From an uncultured Acidobacterium sp. (GTDB taxonomy: Bacteria > Acidobacteriota > Vicinamibacteria > Vicinamibacterales > UBA2999): a DNA stretch of 59,097 nt. The stretch lies in contig CAZBYY010000001.1 of NCBI GenBank assembly GCA_964495855.1, positions 1 to 59,097 on the forward strand, in the 5' to 3' direction. The notes under the pieces were generated by a model. The model saw only the letters and a list, made by a program, of their open reading frames with translations. It had not been told where the DNA came from and ran no database searches. The translations under genes were made by a program, and so were the position numbers. Positions 23,023 through 32,973 of the stretch are shown here, one piece after another. Positions within the stretch are counted from its first letter, which is position 1, and each line of letters begins with the position of its first letter.

Positions 23023-23916
23023 CTATTTATTTCGTTCCAGGATGGCATACACCTGTTTTGCCGTCAGTCCGAGCCGATCTCCAACCGCCCTGGCGGCGTC
23101 TTTCTTGCTCTCGAACTCAGTTGATTCTGTTATTTGACCAAATAAGTCCACAACATCTTTGTCTGACACTGCCGAAGGCGAATTCATTGAGGATTCTTGG
23201 TCTGATCTTGGAGGAACGAGAATTGTGAACTCGCCTTGAGGGGTCTCAAAACGAGCAGCCAGTTCGCCTGGTTCACCTTCGACGAACTCCTCATGGAGTT
23301 TGGTCAACTCTCGGGCGACTATAATAGGCCAATTAACCAAATTCGCCAGTTCTTCCAGTGTTTTCCTCACCCTGTGGGGCGCCTCAAAGAACACAACCAG
23401 GCGAGCTTCGCTGATTTGGGCCAGCTCCGAAAAGAATTTTGTTCTGTCTTTTCCCCTAATTGGTGGGAATCCCAAGAAAGCAAACCCGTGGCTGTTGATT
23501 CCAGCCGCAGATATTCCCGCAAGAACCGCGCTTGCGCCGGGAATTGGTTCCACTTTGAAACCTGCTTTGCGAACGGCCGCTACGAGCACTGCCCCGGGAT
23601 CGGAAATGCCAGGGGTTCCGGCGTCGGTGACGAGCGCCACTGACCCACCCTTGGCCAAGCGGTCGGTGATGGTCTCAACCCGTGCATTTTCGTTGTGCTC
23701 GTGGACGCTCAGGATTGGCGTCTGAATGTCGAAATGCCGCAGCAATTGGCCGGTCCGCCGGGTATCCTCTGCGGCGACCAACTGAACGGTCTTCAGCACC
23801 TTCAGCGCGCGGAGCGTGATGTCTTCGAGATTCCCGATTGGCGTGGCAACGACGTAAAGGATGCCTGCCTGGGCCCGGGCCCCTCGACTTGCTTCGTTCG
23901 CGCGGGACAGAGCCAT
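23023..23916 (-). CDS. rsmI: 16S rRNA (cytidine1402-2'-O)-methyltransferase RsmI
   Basis: 297-aa ORF with a tetrapyrrole-methylase fold signature (LYVVATPIGNLEDITLRALKVLK, AAEDTRRTG, TDAGTPGISDPG). Confidence 0.9.
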   Translation of the reverse strand: MALSRANEASRGARAQAGILYVVATPIGNLEDITLRALKVLKTVQLVAAEDTRRTGQLLRHFDIQTPILSVHEHNENARVETITDRLAKGGSVALVTDAGTPGISDPGAVLVAAVRKAGFKVEPIPGASAVLAGISAAGINSHGFAFLGFPPIRGKDRTKFFSELAQISEARLVVFFEAPHRVRKTLEELANLVNWPIIVARELTKLHEEFVEGEPGELAARFETPQGEFTILVPPRSDQESSMNSPSAVSDKDVVDLFGQITESTEFESKKDAARAVGDRLGLTAKQVYAILERNK

Positions 23917-24005
23917 CAGCGGATTTTAAGCTACCATTGCGAGATGGCCTCTCCGCCGGAGAAACGCACTGATCAGACCCTGTAGCTGACGGATTTCAGG
24001 AAGGC

Positions 24006-25664
24006 ATGCACGCGGCAGAACCCTTACCCCACTTCGTAGACGACTACTTGTCGTTTCTCTACGAAGTGCACCCCACCGGCGCCACCATGGATGGGGTACA
24101 CATCCACGACGATCTTCTCGAGGACTACCGGCGGAGCGCGATCGACACGCACGTCAGCGCCCTCGCAGGCTTCGCGCGACGGCTGGACAGCATCCCCGTC
24201 GATCTGCTGTCGCCGCGCGAGCAGATCGAGCACCAGATCGTGTCGTCGAACATTCGCGGCCGCCAGTTCGAACTCGAAGCGGTCCGATCGTGGGAACGCA
24301 ATCCCCACATCTACGCCGACACGCTCGCATCGAGTCTCGCGGCGCAGGCGATCTTCACCTACGCTCCGGAAACGGAACGCGCCCGGCGGGTGCTTTCCAA
24401 GCTTCGGCAGGTGCCGCGCCTCGTCCAGGCTGCGCGCGACAACATCAAGGAGCCCCCGGCGATCTTCGTCAAGGTCGGCATCGACACCTGGCGCGGCGCC
24501 ATGAGCTTCATCGATCGCGATCTGCCCCGCGCTTTCGCCAACGTCGACGACATTCACCTGCTCGGCGATCTTGACGATGCGTGCAAGGAGGCCGTCAACA
24601 CGATCGGCGCGTACGTCGAGGATCTTGAGAACGACATTCGTCCCAAAGCGCGCGGCACCTTCCGCCTGGGCCGGGATCGATTCGAGCAGAAGCTCCGCCT
24701 CGAGGAAGGGATCACGGTCCCGACCGATCGTCTGCTTGCCATCGCCATGCGTGAACTGGCGATCACGCAAGAGGAGTTCCGGCAGCTCGCGGGTCGGCTG
24801 AACGGCGGCGATCCGATGACCGCATGGCAGAAGGCCAAGGAAACGCATCCGCAACCCGGGAAGCTGATCGCCACGGCGCGCGAGCAGCTCGCCGAGCTGC
24901 ACACGTTCCTCTCGCGGAACCCGGTCGTGTCGATGCCTGACGGCGGCGACGTTGCCGTCGCGCCGACGCCGGATTTCTTCCGCTGGTCATCCGCCAGCAT
25001 GTGGACGCCCGGGCCGTTCGAATCGCGGCCGTCGCGGGCGATGTATTACCTCACGGATGTCGACCCGAAGTGGGAAGCGGATCGGCAGATCGAACACCTG
25101 CGTGATTTCAACATGCCGACGCTCTGGACCATCTCGATCCACGAGGTGTATCCCGGGCACTTCCTCCACTATCAATTCCTGAAGAAGGCGGATGCGAAGA
25201 TCCGCCGCTCGACGATGTTCGCGCCGGCGTCGTACATGGAGGGCTGGGCGCATTACTGCGAGCAGATGATGCTCGAGGCCGGCTTCGGGAAGGGCGATCA
25301 CGCGTTGAAGCTCGGCCAGCTCGCCGAATCACTCGTTCGGCTCGCCCGCTTCGTCGTCGGGATCCGCCTGCACACCGAAGACTGGTCGGTGGAGCAGGGC
25401 GTACGATTCTTCCGCGAAGAGGCCTACCTCGAGGAATCGAGCGCGCGGCGCGAAGCCGAGCGCGGCACCTTCGATCCGACGTACCTCGTGTACTCGGCCG
25501 GGAAGATGATGCTGCTGAAGTTACGGCATGATTGGTACGAGGAGCAGGGCGGCAAGCCGTCGCTGCGTGGCTTCCATGACGCGTTCCTCGCACAAGGTGC
25601 GGCGCCGTTCTGGGCGCTGCGAAAGTTGATGTTGGAACACCACAACGACACGGTGCTTGAATAA
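24006..25664 (+). CDS. DUF885-family protein (putative metallopeptidase-like)
   Basis: 552-aa ORF starting with ATG, with AGGAAGG upstream. Motifs IHEVYPGHFLHY and EGWAHYCEQMM are typical of DUF885, from my recollection of the family. Confidence 0.8.
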   Translation: MHAAEPLPHFVDDYLSFLYEVHPTGATMDGVHIHDDLLEDYRRSAIDTHVSALAGFARRLDSIPVDLLSPREQIEHQIVSSNIRGRQFELEAVRSWERNPHIYADTLASSLAAQAIFTYAPETERARRVLSKLRQVPRLVQAARDNIKEPPAIFVKVGIDTWRGAMSFIDRDLPRAFANVDDIHLLGDLDDACKEAVNTIGAYVEDLENDIRPKARGTFRLGRDRFEQKLRLEEGITVPTDRLLAIAMRELAITQEEFRQLAGRLNGGDPMTAWQKAKETHPQPGKLIATAREQLAELHTFLSRNPVVSMPDGGDVAVAPTPDFFRWSSASMWTPGPFESRPSRAMYYLTDVDPKWEADRQIEHLRDFNMPTLWTISIHEVYPGHFLHYQFLKKADAKIRRSTMFAPASYMEGWAHYCEQMMLEAGFGKGDHALKLGQLAESLVRLARFVVGIRLHTEDWSVEQGVRFFREEAYLEESSARREAERGTFDPTYLVYSAGKMMLLKLRHDWYEEQGGKPSLRGFHDAFLAQGAAPFWALRKLMLEHHNDTVLE

Positions 25665-25708
25665 CAGGCTGTCTGGCCATTGGGCCATCAGGCCGTCAGG
25701 ACGTCCAA

Positions 25709-25990
25709 ATGCCTTTATACGAGTATCAGTGCGACACGTGCGCACATCGCTTCGAAGTCATCCAGAAGTTTTCGGATGCGGCCATCGAGGTGTGTCCGAA
25801 ATGCGGCGGGCCGGTGAAGAAGTTGCTGTCCTCGCCCGCGATCCAGTTCAAAGGATCGGGGTGGTACATCACCGACTACGCGAAGAAGGGTAGCGACAGC
25901 GCGACGACGCCGGCTTCGTCGGAGACGAAGACCGAGACGCCTGCGGCCGCAACGAAATCCGACACGAAGGGCGACACCAAGTCAGACTAG
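25709..25990 (+). CDS. FmdB-family zinc-ribbon protein
   Basis: 93-aa ORF. MPLYEYQCDTCAHRFEVIQKFSD....CPKCGG matches the CxxC...CxxC FmdB/Zn-ribbon signature. The tail is low-complexity and Thr/Lys-rich. Confidence 0.8.
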   Translation: MPLYEYQCDTCAHRFEVIQKFSDAAIEVCPKCGGPVKKLLSSPAIQFKGSGWYITDYAKKGSDSATTPASSETKTETPAAATKSDTKGDTKSD

Positions 25991-26857
25991 CGATTTGAGG
26001 TAGTCGCGAAAGGCGTCGGCGATATCCGGCCGCCGCAAACCGAAATACACGTTCGCTTTCAGGAACCCAAGCTTGTTGCCGGTGTCGTGGCGCACCCCGT
26101 CGATCACGACGGCGTAGAGCGGGCGCGACTTCAACAGCCGGCGCAAGCCATTGGTCAGTTGGATCTCGCCCGATTTGTCCTTACCGGTCTCGTGGAGGGC
26201 GGCGAAGATATCCGGCGTCAGGATGTAGCGACCGACGATGGCCAGGTCGGACGGGGCCTGGTCGCGCGGCGGTTTCTCGACGAGATCGGTAATGCGGTAG
26301 ACGTCCTTGCCGAATTGCGGCGCCGGTTCGCCGGCGATGACGCCATAGGCAGACACCTTGTCCATGGGGACGCGCTCGACGGCGATTACGGGTCCGCCGG
26401 CGCGACCGAAGACGTCGATCATCTGCTGCAATGCCGGCGGCGTCGCGTCGTAGACATCGTCAGCCAGGATCACCGCGAAGGGTTCATCGCCGACGACCGC
26501 TTCGGTGACGAGGACGGCATGCCCGAGGCCGAGTGGTTCACCCTGGCGCACGGCCGACACGCGCGTGAGGGATGCGATGCGCCGCACTTCGTCGGCGAGA
26601 TCCTTCTTGCCTCGGCTTTCCAGAAATGCGACCAGGCCCGGCGCTTCGTCGAAGTGATCTTCCATGGCGCTCTTGCCGCTGCTGGTCACGAGAATGATGC
26701 TGGTGAGCCCGGACGCCATGGCTTCTTCCACGCCGTACTGGATCGTCGGCTTGTCGACGATCGGCAACATTTCCTTGGGCACCGCCTTGGTTGCCGGAAG
26801 GAATCGCGTGCCGAGGCCGGCAGCGGGGAAGACGACTTTACGAATCCTGGCGCTCAC
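25982..26857 (-). CDS. galU: UTP--glucose-1-phosphate uridylyltransferase
   Basis: This is the C-terminal 291 codons of tracked ORF 25982..27463. GTG 26857 gives VSARIRKVVFPAAGLGTRFLPATKAVPKEMLPIVDKPTIQY, the GalU signature. The upstream 202 codons of the tracked ORF are antisense to serS and look like junk. Confidence 0.9.
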   Translation of the reverse strand: MSARIRKVVFPAAGLGTRFLPATKAVPKEMLPIVDKPTIQYGVEEAMASGLTSIILVTSSGKSAMEDHFDEAPGLVAFLESRGKKDLADEVRRIASLTRVSAVRQGEPLGLGHAVLVTEAVVGDEPFAVILADDVYDATPPALQQMIDVFGRAGGPVIAVERVPMDKVSAYGVIAGEPAPQFGKDVYRITDLVEKPPRDQAPSDLAIVGRYILTPDIFAALHETGKDKSGEIQLTNGLRRLLKSRPLYAVVIDGVRHDTGNKLGFLKANVYFGLRRPDIADAFRDYLKSLV

Positions 26858-26903
26858 TCCACTAGAATAATCCGACGGGCGGATGGAAAACCGCCACTCC
26901 CAT

Positions 26904-28190
26904 ATGCTTGATGCGAATTTCGTTCGTGACAACCTCGACGTCGTCAAAGCCGCGATGGCCAATCGCGGCATGGACGTCACGGCGGAACTGCAGGCGTTTG
27001 CCACTGCCGAGTCCACTCGGCGGCGGCTGATCCAGGAGAGCGAGTCGCTCAAGCGCGAGCAGAACGCGTCGGGCGAACTGGTGGCCCGCGCGAAGAAACA
27101 AGGCGAGGACGTCTCGCACCTGTTCGAGGCGAACAAGCAGCGGGGCCAGAAGATCAAGCAGCTCGAGGCCGAGCTGGATCGCGTCGAGCGCGAGCGCAAC
27201 GCGATTCTCGAAACCCTCCCGAACCTTCCGGATGCGAGCGTGCCGGTTGGCAAGAGCGCCGCAGACAACGTCGTCGTTCGCACGTGGGGCGAGCCACGCG
27301 CGTTCGACTTCGAACCCAAGGCGCACTGGGACCTCGGTCCCGAGCTCGGCGTGATTGATTTCGAGCGTGCCACCAAGATTTCCGGCGCCCGCTTTGCGGT
27401 CCTCATGGGCGCCGGCGCGCAGCTCGAGCGAGCGTTGATCAACTTCATGCTCAACCTCCACACGACCGAGCACGGCTATACGGAAGTCGAGCCTCCGTTC
27501 CTCGTATCGTCGTCCACGTTGTATGGGACCGGCCAACTGCCGAAGTTCGAACAGGACCTGTTCAAGATTGCGGGCGAGTGGGATCTGTTCCTGATCCCGA
27601 CGGCCGAAGTCCCGGTGACGAATCTGTATCGCGGCGAAATCGTGGACGGCCGGCAGTTGCCGATGAAATACACGGCGTATACGCCGTGCTTCCGCAGCGA
27701 AGCCGGCTCATACGGGTCGGACGTCCGCGGGCTGATCCGGCAGCATCAGTTCGACAAGGTCGAGCTCGTGAAGTTTGCGTCGCCGCAGACGTCGTACGAC
27801 GAACTCGAAAGCCTCACGGCGAATGCGGAGCGCGTGCTGCAGTTGCTCGGTCTGCCATATCGGACGGTGGTGCTGTGCACGGGCGACATGGGGTTTTCTG
27901 CCGCGAAGACCTACGACATCGAGGTGTGGCTGCCGAGCCAGGAGACGTACCGGGAAATCTCGTCGTGCTCGAACTGCGACGCGTTCCAGGCGCGTCGCGC
28001 GAACATCAAGTTCCGCCCGGACGGCACCGGCAAGGCCGAGCATGTGCACACGTTGAACGGTTCCGGCCTGGCGGTTGGTCGAACGTTGATTGCGATTCTC
28101 GAGAACTACCAGCAGAAGGACGGATCAGTGGTGATTCCGGACGTGCTGCGCCCGTTCATGAACGGGAAGGAAAAGATCTCGCGATCTTGA
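26904..28190 (+). CDS. serS: Seryl-tRNA synthetase
   Basis: Tracked ORF 26883..28190. ATG 26904 gives [12 protein letters not shown], the canonical SerS start. A coiled-coil arm and class II motifs are present ([27 protein letters not shown]). Confidence 0.95.
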   Translation: MLDANFVRDNLDVVKAAMANRGMDVTAELQAFATAESTRRRLIQESESLKREQNASGELVARAKKQGEDVSHLFEANKQRGQKIKQLEAELDRVERERNAILETLPNLPDASVPVGKSAADNVVVRTWGEPRAFDFEPKAHWDLGPELGVIDFERATKISGARFAVLMGAGAQLERALINFMLNLHTTEHGYTEVEPPFLVSSSTLYGTGQLPKFEQDLFKIAGEWDLFLIPTAEVPVTNLYRGEIVDGRQLPMKYTAYTPCFRSEAGSYGSDVRGLIRQHQFDKVELVKFASPQTSYDELESLTANAERVLQLLGLPYRTVVLCTGDMGFSAAKTYDIEVWLPSQETYREISSCSNCDAFQARRANIKFRPDGTGKAEHVHTLNGSGLAVGRTLIAILENYQQKDGSVVIPDVLRPFMNGKEKISRS

Positions 28191-28218
28191 GAGCCGGTGA
28201 TCTGGTGATCTAGTCAGG

Positions 28219-28308
28219 TGGCGGAGAGGAAGGGATTCGAACCCCTGGAACCCGTGAAGGTTCAACGGTTTTCAAGACCGCCGCTTTCGACCGCTCAGCC
28301 ACCTCTCC
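28219..28308 (-). tRNA. tRNA-Ser (anticodon UGA), CCA encoded
   Basis: Hand fold of GGAGAGGTGGCTGAGCGGTCGAAAGCGGCGGTCTTGAAAACCGTTGAACCTTCACGGGTTCCAGGGGTTCGAATCCCTTCCTCTCCGCCA. It has a 7-bp acceptor stem, a 3-bp D stem, anticodon loop CT-TGA-AA, a long variable arm (GAACC/GGTTC) and a TTCGAAT T-loop. Confidence 0.93.
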
Positions 28309-28321
28309 GCGCCGATCTATT

Positions 28322-28762
28322 CTAGCCCTGCTTGTCCTTGGCGAGCACTCGCGCTGCGGCTTCCGCAAGCAAGCGGATGCTGTGGTTGACGGTCTTGCGC
28401 TCCGATCGCGGTATCTCCCTGATCACATCCGCCAGCATTTGTTCATTCATCTCGAGCAGTTCATCGTAGATGCCTTGTGCCTTCCTGGTCGGGTGAATCC
28501 AGACGATCCGGCGATCGGCATCGTCGTCGACGCGCCTGACGAGTTTCTCGTCGACCATCCGATCGATCAGCGGTGTCACGGCTGAGGGCGCGATGCCCAG
28601 GCCGTCGGCGAGGTCGCGGTTCTTGGCCCGTTGCATGCGGCACAGCAGCATCACGGCCTTGAGCTGCGCCATCGTCAGGTCGAGGGAGCGCCAGGGCAAC
28701 TGGCCGCGGCAGGCCTGGATGGCCTTCAGGATTTGCGTGAGACGGACGAGCTCAGCCGGCAT
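28322..28762 (-). CDS. MarR-family transcriptional regulator
   Basis: 146-aa ORF with a winged-HTH MarR pattern (LTMAQLKAVMLL..., LADGLGIAPSAVTPLIDRMVDEKLVRRVDDDADRR). It is divergent from the efflux operon. Confidence 0.85.
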   Translation of the reverse strand: MPAELVRLTQILKAIQACRGQLPWRSLDLTMAQLKAVMLLCRMQRAKNRDLADGLGIAPSAVTPLIDRMVDEKLVRRVDDDADRRIVWIHPTRKAQGIYDELLEMNEQMLADVIREIPRSERKTVNHSIRLLAEAAARVLAKDKQG

Positions 28763-28780
28763 GTCATCAAAAACGTTGTG

Positions 28781-28811
28781 ATAACCTGAATAGTTATAGA
28801 ATACTTAACTA
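28781..28811. promoter_or_regulatory. Nested inverted repeats in the MarR/efflux divergent spacer (candidate MarR operator)
   Basis: ATAAC(28781-85)-N7-GTTAT(28793-97) and TAGTTA(28791-96)-N9-TAACTA(28806-11). They lie in a 53-bp AT-rich spacer between the marR start (28762) and the OMP start (28816). Confidence 0.4.
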
Positions 28812-28815
28812 TCTC

Positions 28816-30228
28816 ATGCATCGCCTGATACACGCAATCCTGTTGGTGGCCGCGGCCGCCATCCCGGCGGCGGCGCAGACCGAGCTGGTGCTGCCGCGAA
28901 CCAGCCCATTCGCGGGTGGGGTGCCGTCCGGCACGGCGACCGCGGAGCCGATCCGGCTGACGATCATCGACGCCGTGTCGCGCGCGCTGTTACACAACCT
29001 CGGCGTGCTGCTGGCCGAACAGCAGACCGAAACCGCGGCGGCCCAACGGTGGACAGCGCTGAGCCACCTGTTGCCCAACGCCAACGCGTCGATTATGGAG
29101 TCGCGGCGCAAGTCCAACCTTGAAGCCTTCGGCTTTCCGCGCGACGCCAGTCCGCTCGGTGCGAGCTTCCCGAAGCTGGTCGGCCCGTTCAACGTGTTCG
29201 ATGCGCGCGTGTTCGTGTCGCAATCGGTGTTCGACCTCGATGCGCTGAACGAGGCCGCTGCCGCGGCGCACCGCGTCGAAGCGTCGAAGCAAAGCTATCG
29301 CGGCGCCAGGTCGCTCGTCATGCTGGCCTCCGCGAACCTGTACTTGCAGGCGCTGGCTGCTGAGGAGCGCCGCTCCGCCGCCGATGCGCAGCTGGCGCTG
29401 TCGCGGGCGATTCACCAGCAGGCCGTGGATCTTCGCCAAGGCGGCATCGTCGCCGGGCTTGATGTGGTTCGCGCCGAAGTCCGTGTGAGCGCCGATACGC
29501 AACGGGCCACCGCAGCGGCGAACGACGCGCAAAAAGCCAAGCTGCAGCTGGCGCGCATCATTGGGCTGCCGATCGGGCAGAACTTTACGCTGGTCGGCGA
29601 CATTCCGCAGGTACCGGAGTCGGGACTGACGCTCGAGCAGGCGCTCGACGTGGCGTATGAGAAACGATCGGACTACCAGGCCGCCGCCGAACAAGTGAAG
29701 GCCGCCGAAGCGAGCCGCCGGGCCGCGATTGGCGATCATCTGCCGTCGGTCCGCGTGACGGCGGATTACGGTGCCATTGGCCTGACCGCCGGCACCGCAT
29801 TGCCGACCTTCAACGTCACCGGCGCGATCGACGTGCCGATCTTCGACGGCGGCCGGCAGCGAGCGAGGCTCGCGCAGGCGAACGCCGAACTGAAGCGGCA
29901 AACGGCGCAGCTCGAGGACTTGAAGGCCTCTGTGTATTACGACGTCCGCTCGGCGTTTCTCGACGTCGAAGCGTCGCGCCAGCAGCGCGAGGCCGCGTCG
30001 AGAGGACGGGAACTCGCCACGCAGCAGCTCCAGCAGTCCCGCGACCGGTTCGCTGCCGGCGTGGCAAGCAACATCGAGGTGATCCAGGCGCAGGAAGCGC
30101 TGGCGCTGGCGACTGAGCAGGCGATCAGCGCCGAGTACGGATTCGCCGTGGCGAAGACGGCGCTCGCCGCTGCGCTCGGGACCGCTGAAGAGACGTTGAC
30201 GAAAGCCGTCCAGGGCTCCAAACCATGA
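28816..30228 (+). CDS. TolC-family outer membrane efflux protein
   Basis: 470-aa ORF with a signal peptide and a two-repeat OEP architecture with long alpha-helical segments. It is the first gene of the efflux operon. Confidence 0.85.
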   Translation: MHRLIHAILLVAAAAIPAAAQTELVLPRTSPFAGGVPSGTATAEPIRLTIIDAVSRALLHNLGVLLAEQQTETAAAQRWTALSHLLPNANASIMESRRKSNLEAFGFPRDASPLGASFPKLVGPFNVFDARVFVSQSVFDLDALNEAAAAAHRVEASKQSYRGARSLVMLASANLYLQALAAEERRSAADAQLALSRAIHQQAVDLRQGGIVAGLDVVRAEVRVSADTQRATAAANDAQKAKLQLARIIGLPIGQNFTLVGDIPQVPESGLTLEQALDVAYEKRSDYQAAAEQVKAAEASRRAAIGDHLPSVRVTADYGAIGLTAGTALPTFNVTGAIDVPIFDGGRQRARLAQANAELKRQTAQLEDLKASVYYDVRSAFLDVEASRQQREAASRGRELATQQLQQSRDRFAAGVASNIEVIQAQEALALATEQAISAEYGFAVAKTALAAALGTAEETLTKAVQGSKP

Positions 30229-31430
30229 ATACACGCGTCCGAATCGTTGCCATCGTCGTTGTCGTCTCGCTCCTCGGTGCCGCCTCGTACTTCTTCCTCA
30301 CGCGCGGCCAGGAAACGACCGACGACGCCCAAGTCGAGGCGCACGTCACGCCGGTTGCGGCGCAAGTGGGCGGCACCATTGTGAAGGTCTCCGTATCAGA
30401 CAACGAACAGGTGCAGCAAGGCGCGGAGATGGTGGTCCTGGACACGCGGGACTACGAGATCGCGCTCGCGCGCGCTCAGGCGGCGCTGGCCGACGCGCGC
30501 GCCGAGGCGGCGGCAGCGAATGCGACCGGAGAGATCACCACCACGACGGCGAGCAGCAATGTGTCGACGGCGCAGGGCGGCGTGCAGCAGGCACAATCGA
30601 GCGTTTCCGAAGCCGAACACGGCATTGCGGTGGCCCAGGCGCGTCTGCTGACGTCGCGGGCGCGGTTGCGTGAAGCCGAAGCGAACGCGACCAAGGCGAG
30701 CCGCGACGTCGAGCGCCTCAAAGGTTTGTTGGCGAAGGACGAGATCGCCCAACAACAGTACGATGCCGCCGTGGCGGCCGATGCTGCCGCGTCGGCCGGC
30801 GTCGAATCTGCGCGGGCGCAAGTCAGCGAGTCAGAAGCCGCGGTGCGGGCTGCTGAGAGCCGACTGACGCAAGCGCGTGCGGGGACGGAACAGGCCAGCG
30901 CGCAGTTGCGAACGGCGCAGACGGCGCCACAGCAGGTGGCAGCGAGTCGCGCACGAGCCGAATCAGCGGCCGCGAAGGCATCGTTGGCCGAGGTTGCCGT
31001 CAAGCAGGCCGAGCTCAACCTGCAGCGCACGACCGTCCGCGCCCCGGTGACGGGGATCGTCAGCAAGAAGGCCGTGGAACCTGGCCAGGTGATCCAGCCG
31101 GGGCAGCCGTTAATGACGGTGATCCCGCTCGACAAGGTCTGGATCACCGCCAACTTCAAGGAGACACAGCTGCGCAACATGCGCGTTGGCCAGGAGGTCA
31201 GCGTGAAGGTCGACGCGTACGGCGGTCGAGAGTTCAAGGGCAAGGTCGACAGCATTGCGGCGGCCACCGGCTCGCGCTTCAGCCTGTTGCCGCCGGACAA
31301 CGCCACCGGGAACTTCGTGAAAGTCGTGCAGCGCGTGCCCGTCAAGATCGTCCTCGACGGCTCGCAGGATCCCGATCACCTGCTTCGTCCCGGGATGTCG
31401 GTCACGCCAACGGTCTATACCCGTGACTGA
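30225..31430 (+). CDS. HlyD/EmrA-family periplasmic adaptor (membrane fusion protein)
   Basis: 401-aa ORF with an N-terminal TM, a long Ala/Gln-rich coiled coil and a beta-barrel segment (VRAPVTGIVSKKAVEPGQVIQPGQPLMTVIPLDKVWITANFKETQL). ATGA overlaps the upstream stop. Confidence 0.85.
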   Translation: MNTRVRIVAIVVVVSLLGAASYFFLTRGQETTDDAQVEAHVTPVAAQVGGTIVKVSVSDNEQVQQGAEMVVLDTRDYEIALARAQAALADARAEAAAANATGEITTTTASSNVSTAQGGVQQAQSSVSEAEHGIAVAQARLLTSRARLREAEANATKASRDVERLKGLLAKDEIAQQQYDAAVAADAAASAGVESARAQVSESEAAVRAAESRLTQARAGTEQASAQLRTAQTAPQQVAASRARAESAAAKASLAEVAVKQAELNLQRTTVRAPVTGIVSKKAVEPGQVIQPGQPLMTVIPLDKVWITANFKETQLRNMRVGQEVSVKVDAYGGREFKGKVDSIAAATGSRFSLLPPDNATGNFVKVVQRVPVKIVLDGSQDPDHLLRPGMSVTPTVYTRD

Positions 31431-32973
31431 AGACCGCCACGTCAATCCATGGATCGTCGCGATCGCGGTGATGTTCGCGACGTTCATGGAAGTGCTCGAC
31501 ACCACCGTCGTCAACGTGTCGTTGCCGCACATTGCCAGCACAATGTCGGCGACGACTGACGAAGCGACGTGGGTGTTGACGTCGTACCTTGTTGCCAACG
31601 CCATCATCCTGCCGATGACGGGCTGGCTGGCCGGCCGATTCGGCCGCAAGCGGCTGCTGCTTCTGTCGACGGTCGGATTCACGATCGCATCGGGGTTGTG
31701 CGGCATGGCACCGAACCTTGCGACATTGATCATCGCGCGCATCCTGCAGGGCGCGACTGGCGGGGCGCTGCAGCCGCTGTCACAGGCCGTGCTCCTCGAA
31801 TCGTTCAGGCCAGAAGAGCGAGGCAAGGCGATGGGCTTCTGGGGCCTGGGCATCGTCGTGGCGCCGATCCTGGGTCCCGTGTTCGGCGGCTGGATCACCG
31901 AGAACTACAACTGGCGCTGGGTGTTCTACATCAACCTGCCGGTCGGGCTGATGTCGATCTTCATGATGCAGCGCTACGTGTTCGACCCCGCGTACCTCAA
32001 GAAGGTTGCGCGCGGCATCGATTACTGGGGCATGGGGCTGCTGGTGGTCGGCATCGGCACGCTGCAGTTCATCCTCGACAAGGGACAACAGGAAGACTGG
32101 TTCGAATCGAACATGATCGTGACGCTGACGATCGTGTCGGTGGTCTCGCTCGCTACGCTGATCTATTACGAGCTGCGCACGCCTGAACCCGTGGTCGAGT
32201 TGCACTTGTTCACGAATCGCACGTACGCCACCGGTGTCTTCCTGATGACGGTCGTCGGCTTCGTGCTCTACGGCGGCATGGTGCTGTTGCCGCTCATGTT
32301 GCAGACGCTGTTCGGCTATTCGTCGATGGAAGCGGGAAAGGCGATGGCGCCGCGGGGCGTCGGATCGATGCTGATGATGCCGCTCGTCGGCATGCTGACG
32401 TCGAAGATCGATCCGCGCAAGCTGCTCGTCGTTGGCCTGTCGATCGGCGGCCTGACGATGATCTGGCTTGGCCAGATCAACCTGAACGCCGGCTACAACG
32501 ACATTGCGATTCCGCAATTCCTGCAGGGGACTGGCATGGCGCTGTTGTTCGTGCCGCTCACGACGGTCGCGATGGCCAATATCCCGCCGGAGAAGATGGG
32601 CTATGCGACCAGCCTGTTCAACCTGATGCGCAACATCGGCGGTGGCGTGGGTATTGCCGCGACGGGGACCTACCTACAGCGCCATCGGCAAGTGGTCGCG
32701 TCGACGCTCGGTGAACACGTCAGCGCCTACGATCCGCGGACGCAGGCGACCTTGAACCAGATCGTCCAGGGGCTGGTTGCGGCAGGGACCGACATGGCCA
32801 CCGCGACCGAGCGCGCGTACGTGATGCTGCACGGCATGGTGTTACGGCAGGCGTCCATGGTGTCGTTCGTGGCGGTCTATCGCGGGCTCGGCGCGTTGTT
32901 TCTTGTGATGATTCCGCTTGTGCTTCTGATGCGCCGTCCGGCGCGCGGCGGCGCGGCGGCGGCGGCTCACTGA
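31423..32973 (+). CDS. DHA2 (EmrB/QacA) family MFS drug efflux transporter, 14-TMS type
   Basis: 516-aa ORF with a GTG start. The MFS motif A-like segment is GWLAGRFGRKRLLL. Its length and hydrophobic pattern fit 14 TMS. Confidence 0.9.
   Translation: MTEDRHVNPWIVAIAVMFATFMEVLDTTVVNVSLPHIASTMSATTDEATWVLTSYLVANAIILPMTGWLAGRFGRKRLLLLSTVGFTIASGLCGMAPNLATLIIARILQGATGGALQPLSQAVLLESFRPEERGKAMGFWGLGIVVAPILGPVFGGWITENYNWRWVFYINLPVGLMSIFMMQRYVFDPAYLKKVARGIDYWGMGLLVVGIGTLQFILDKGQQEDWFESNMIVTLTIVSVVSLATLIYYELRTPEPVVELHLFTNRTYATGVFLMTVVGFVLYGGMVLLPLMLQTLFGYSSMEAGKAMAPRGVGSMLMMPLVGMLTSKIDPRKLLVVGLSIGGLTMIWLGQINLNAGYNDIAIPQFLQGTGMALLFVPLTTVAMANIPPEKMGYATSLFNLMRNIGGGVGIAATGTYLQRHRQVVASTLGEHVSAYDPRTQATLNQIVQGLVAAGTDMATATERAYVMLHGMVLRQASMVSFVAVYRGLGALFLVMIPLVLLMRRPARGGAAAAAH

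Noticed and set aside
26858-27463. N-terminal 202 codons of tracked ORF 25982..27463, which would make a 493-aa GalU
   Set aside because: This part is antisense to serS and Ser/Arg-rich. The GalU signature begins right after GTG 26857, giving the normal ~291-aa size.
28197-28212. Tandem 8-bp direct repeat GGTGATCT GGTGATCT between the serS stop and the tRNA 3' end
   Set aside because: There are only two copies, with no hairpin or T-tract and no known motif. It is most simply chance or a slippage duplication.
28219-28308. Could the tRNA next to serS be tRNA-Sec (selC), given the nearby selenoprotein candidate?
   Set aside because: The anticodon loop reads CU-UGA-AA, so the anticodon is UGA and it decodes UCN Ser codons, not UCA. 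The acceptor stem is 7 bp, not 8. It is an ordinary type II tRNA-Ser.
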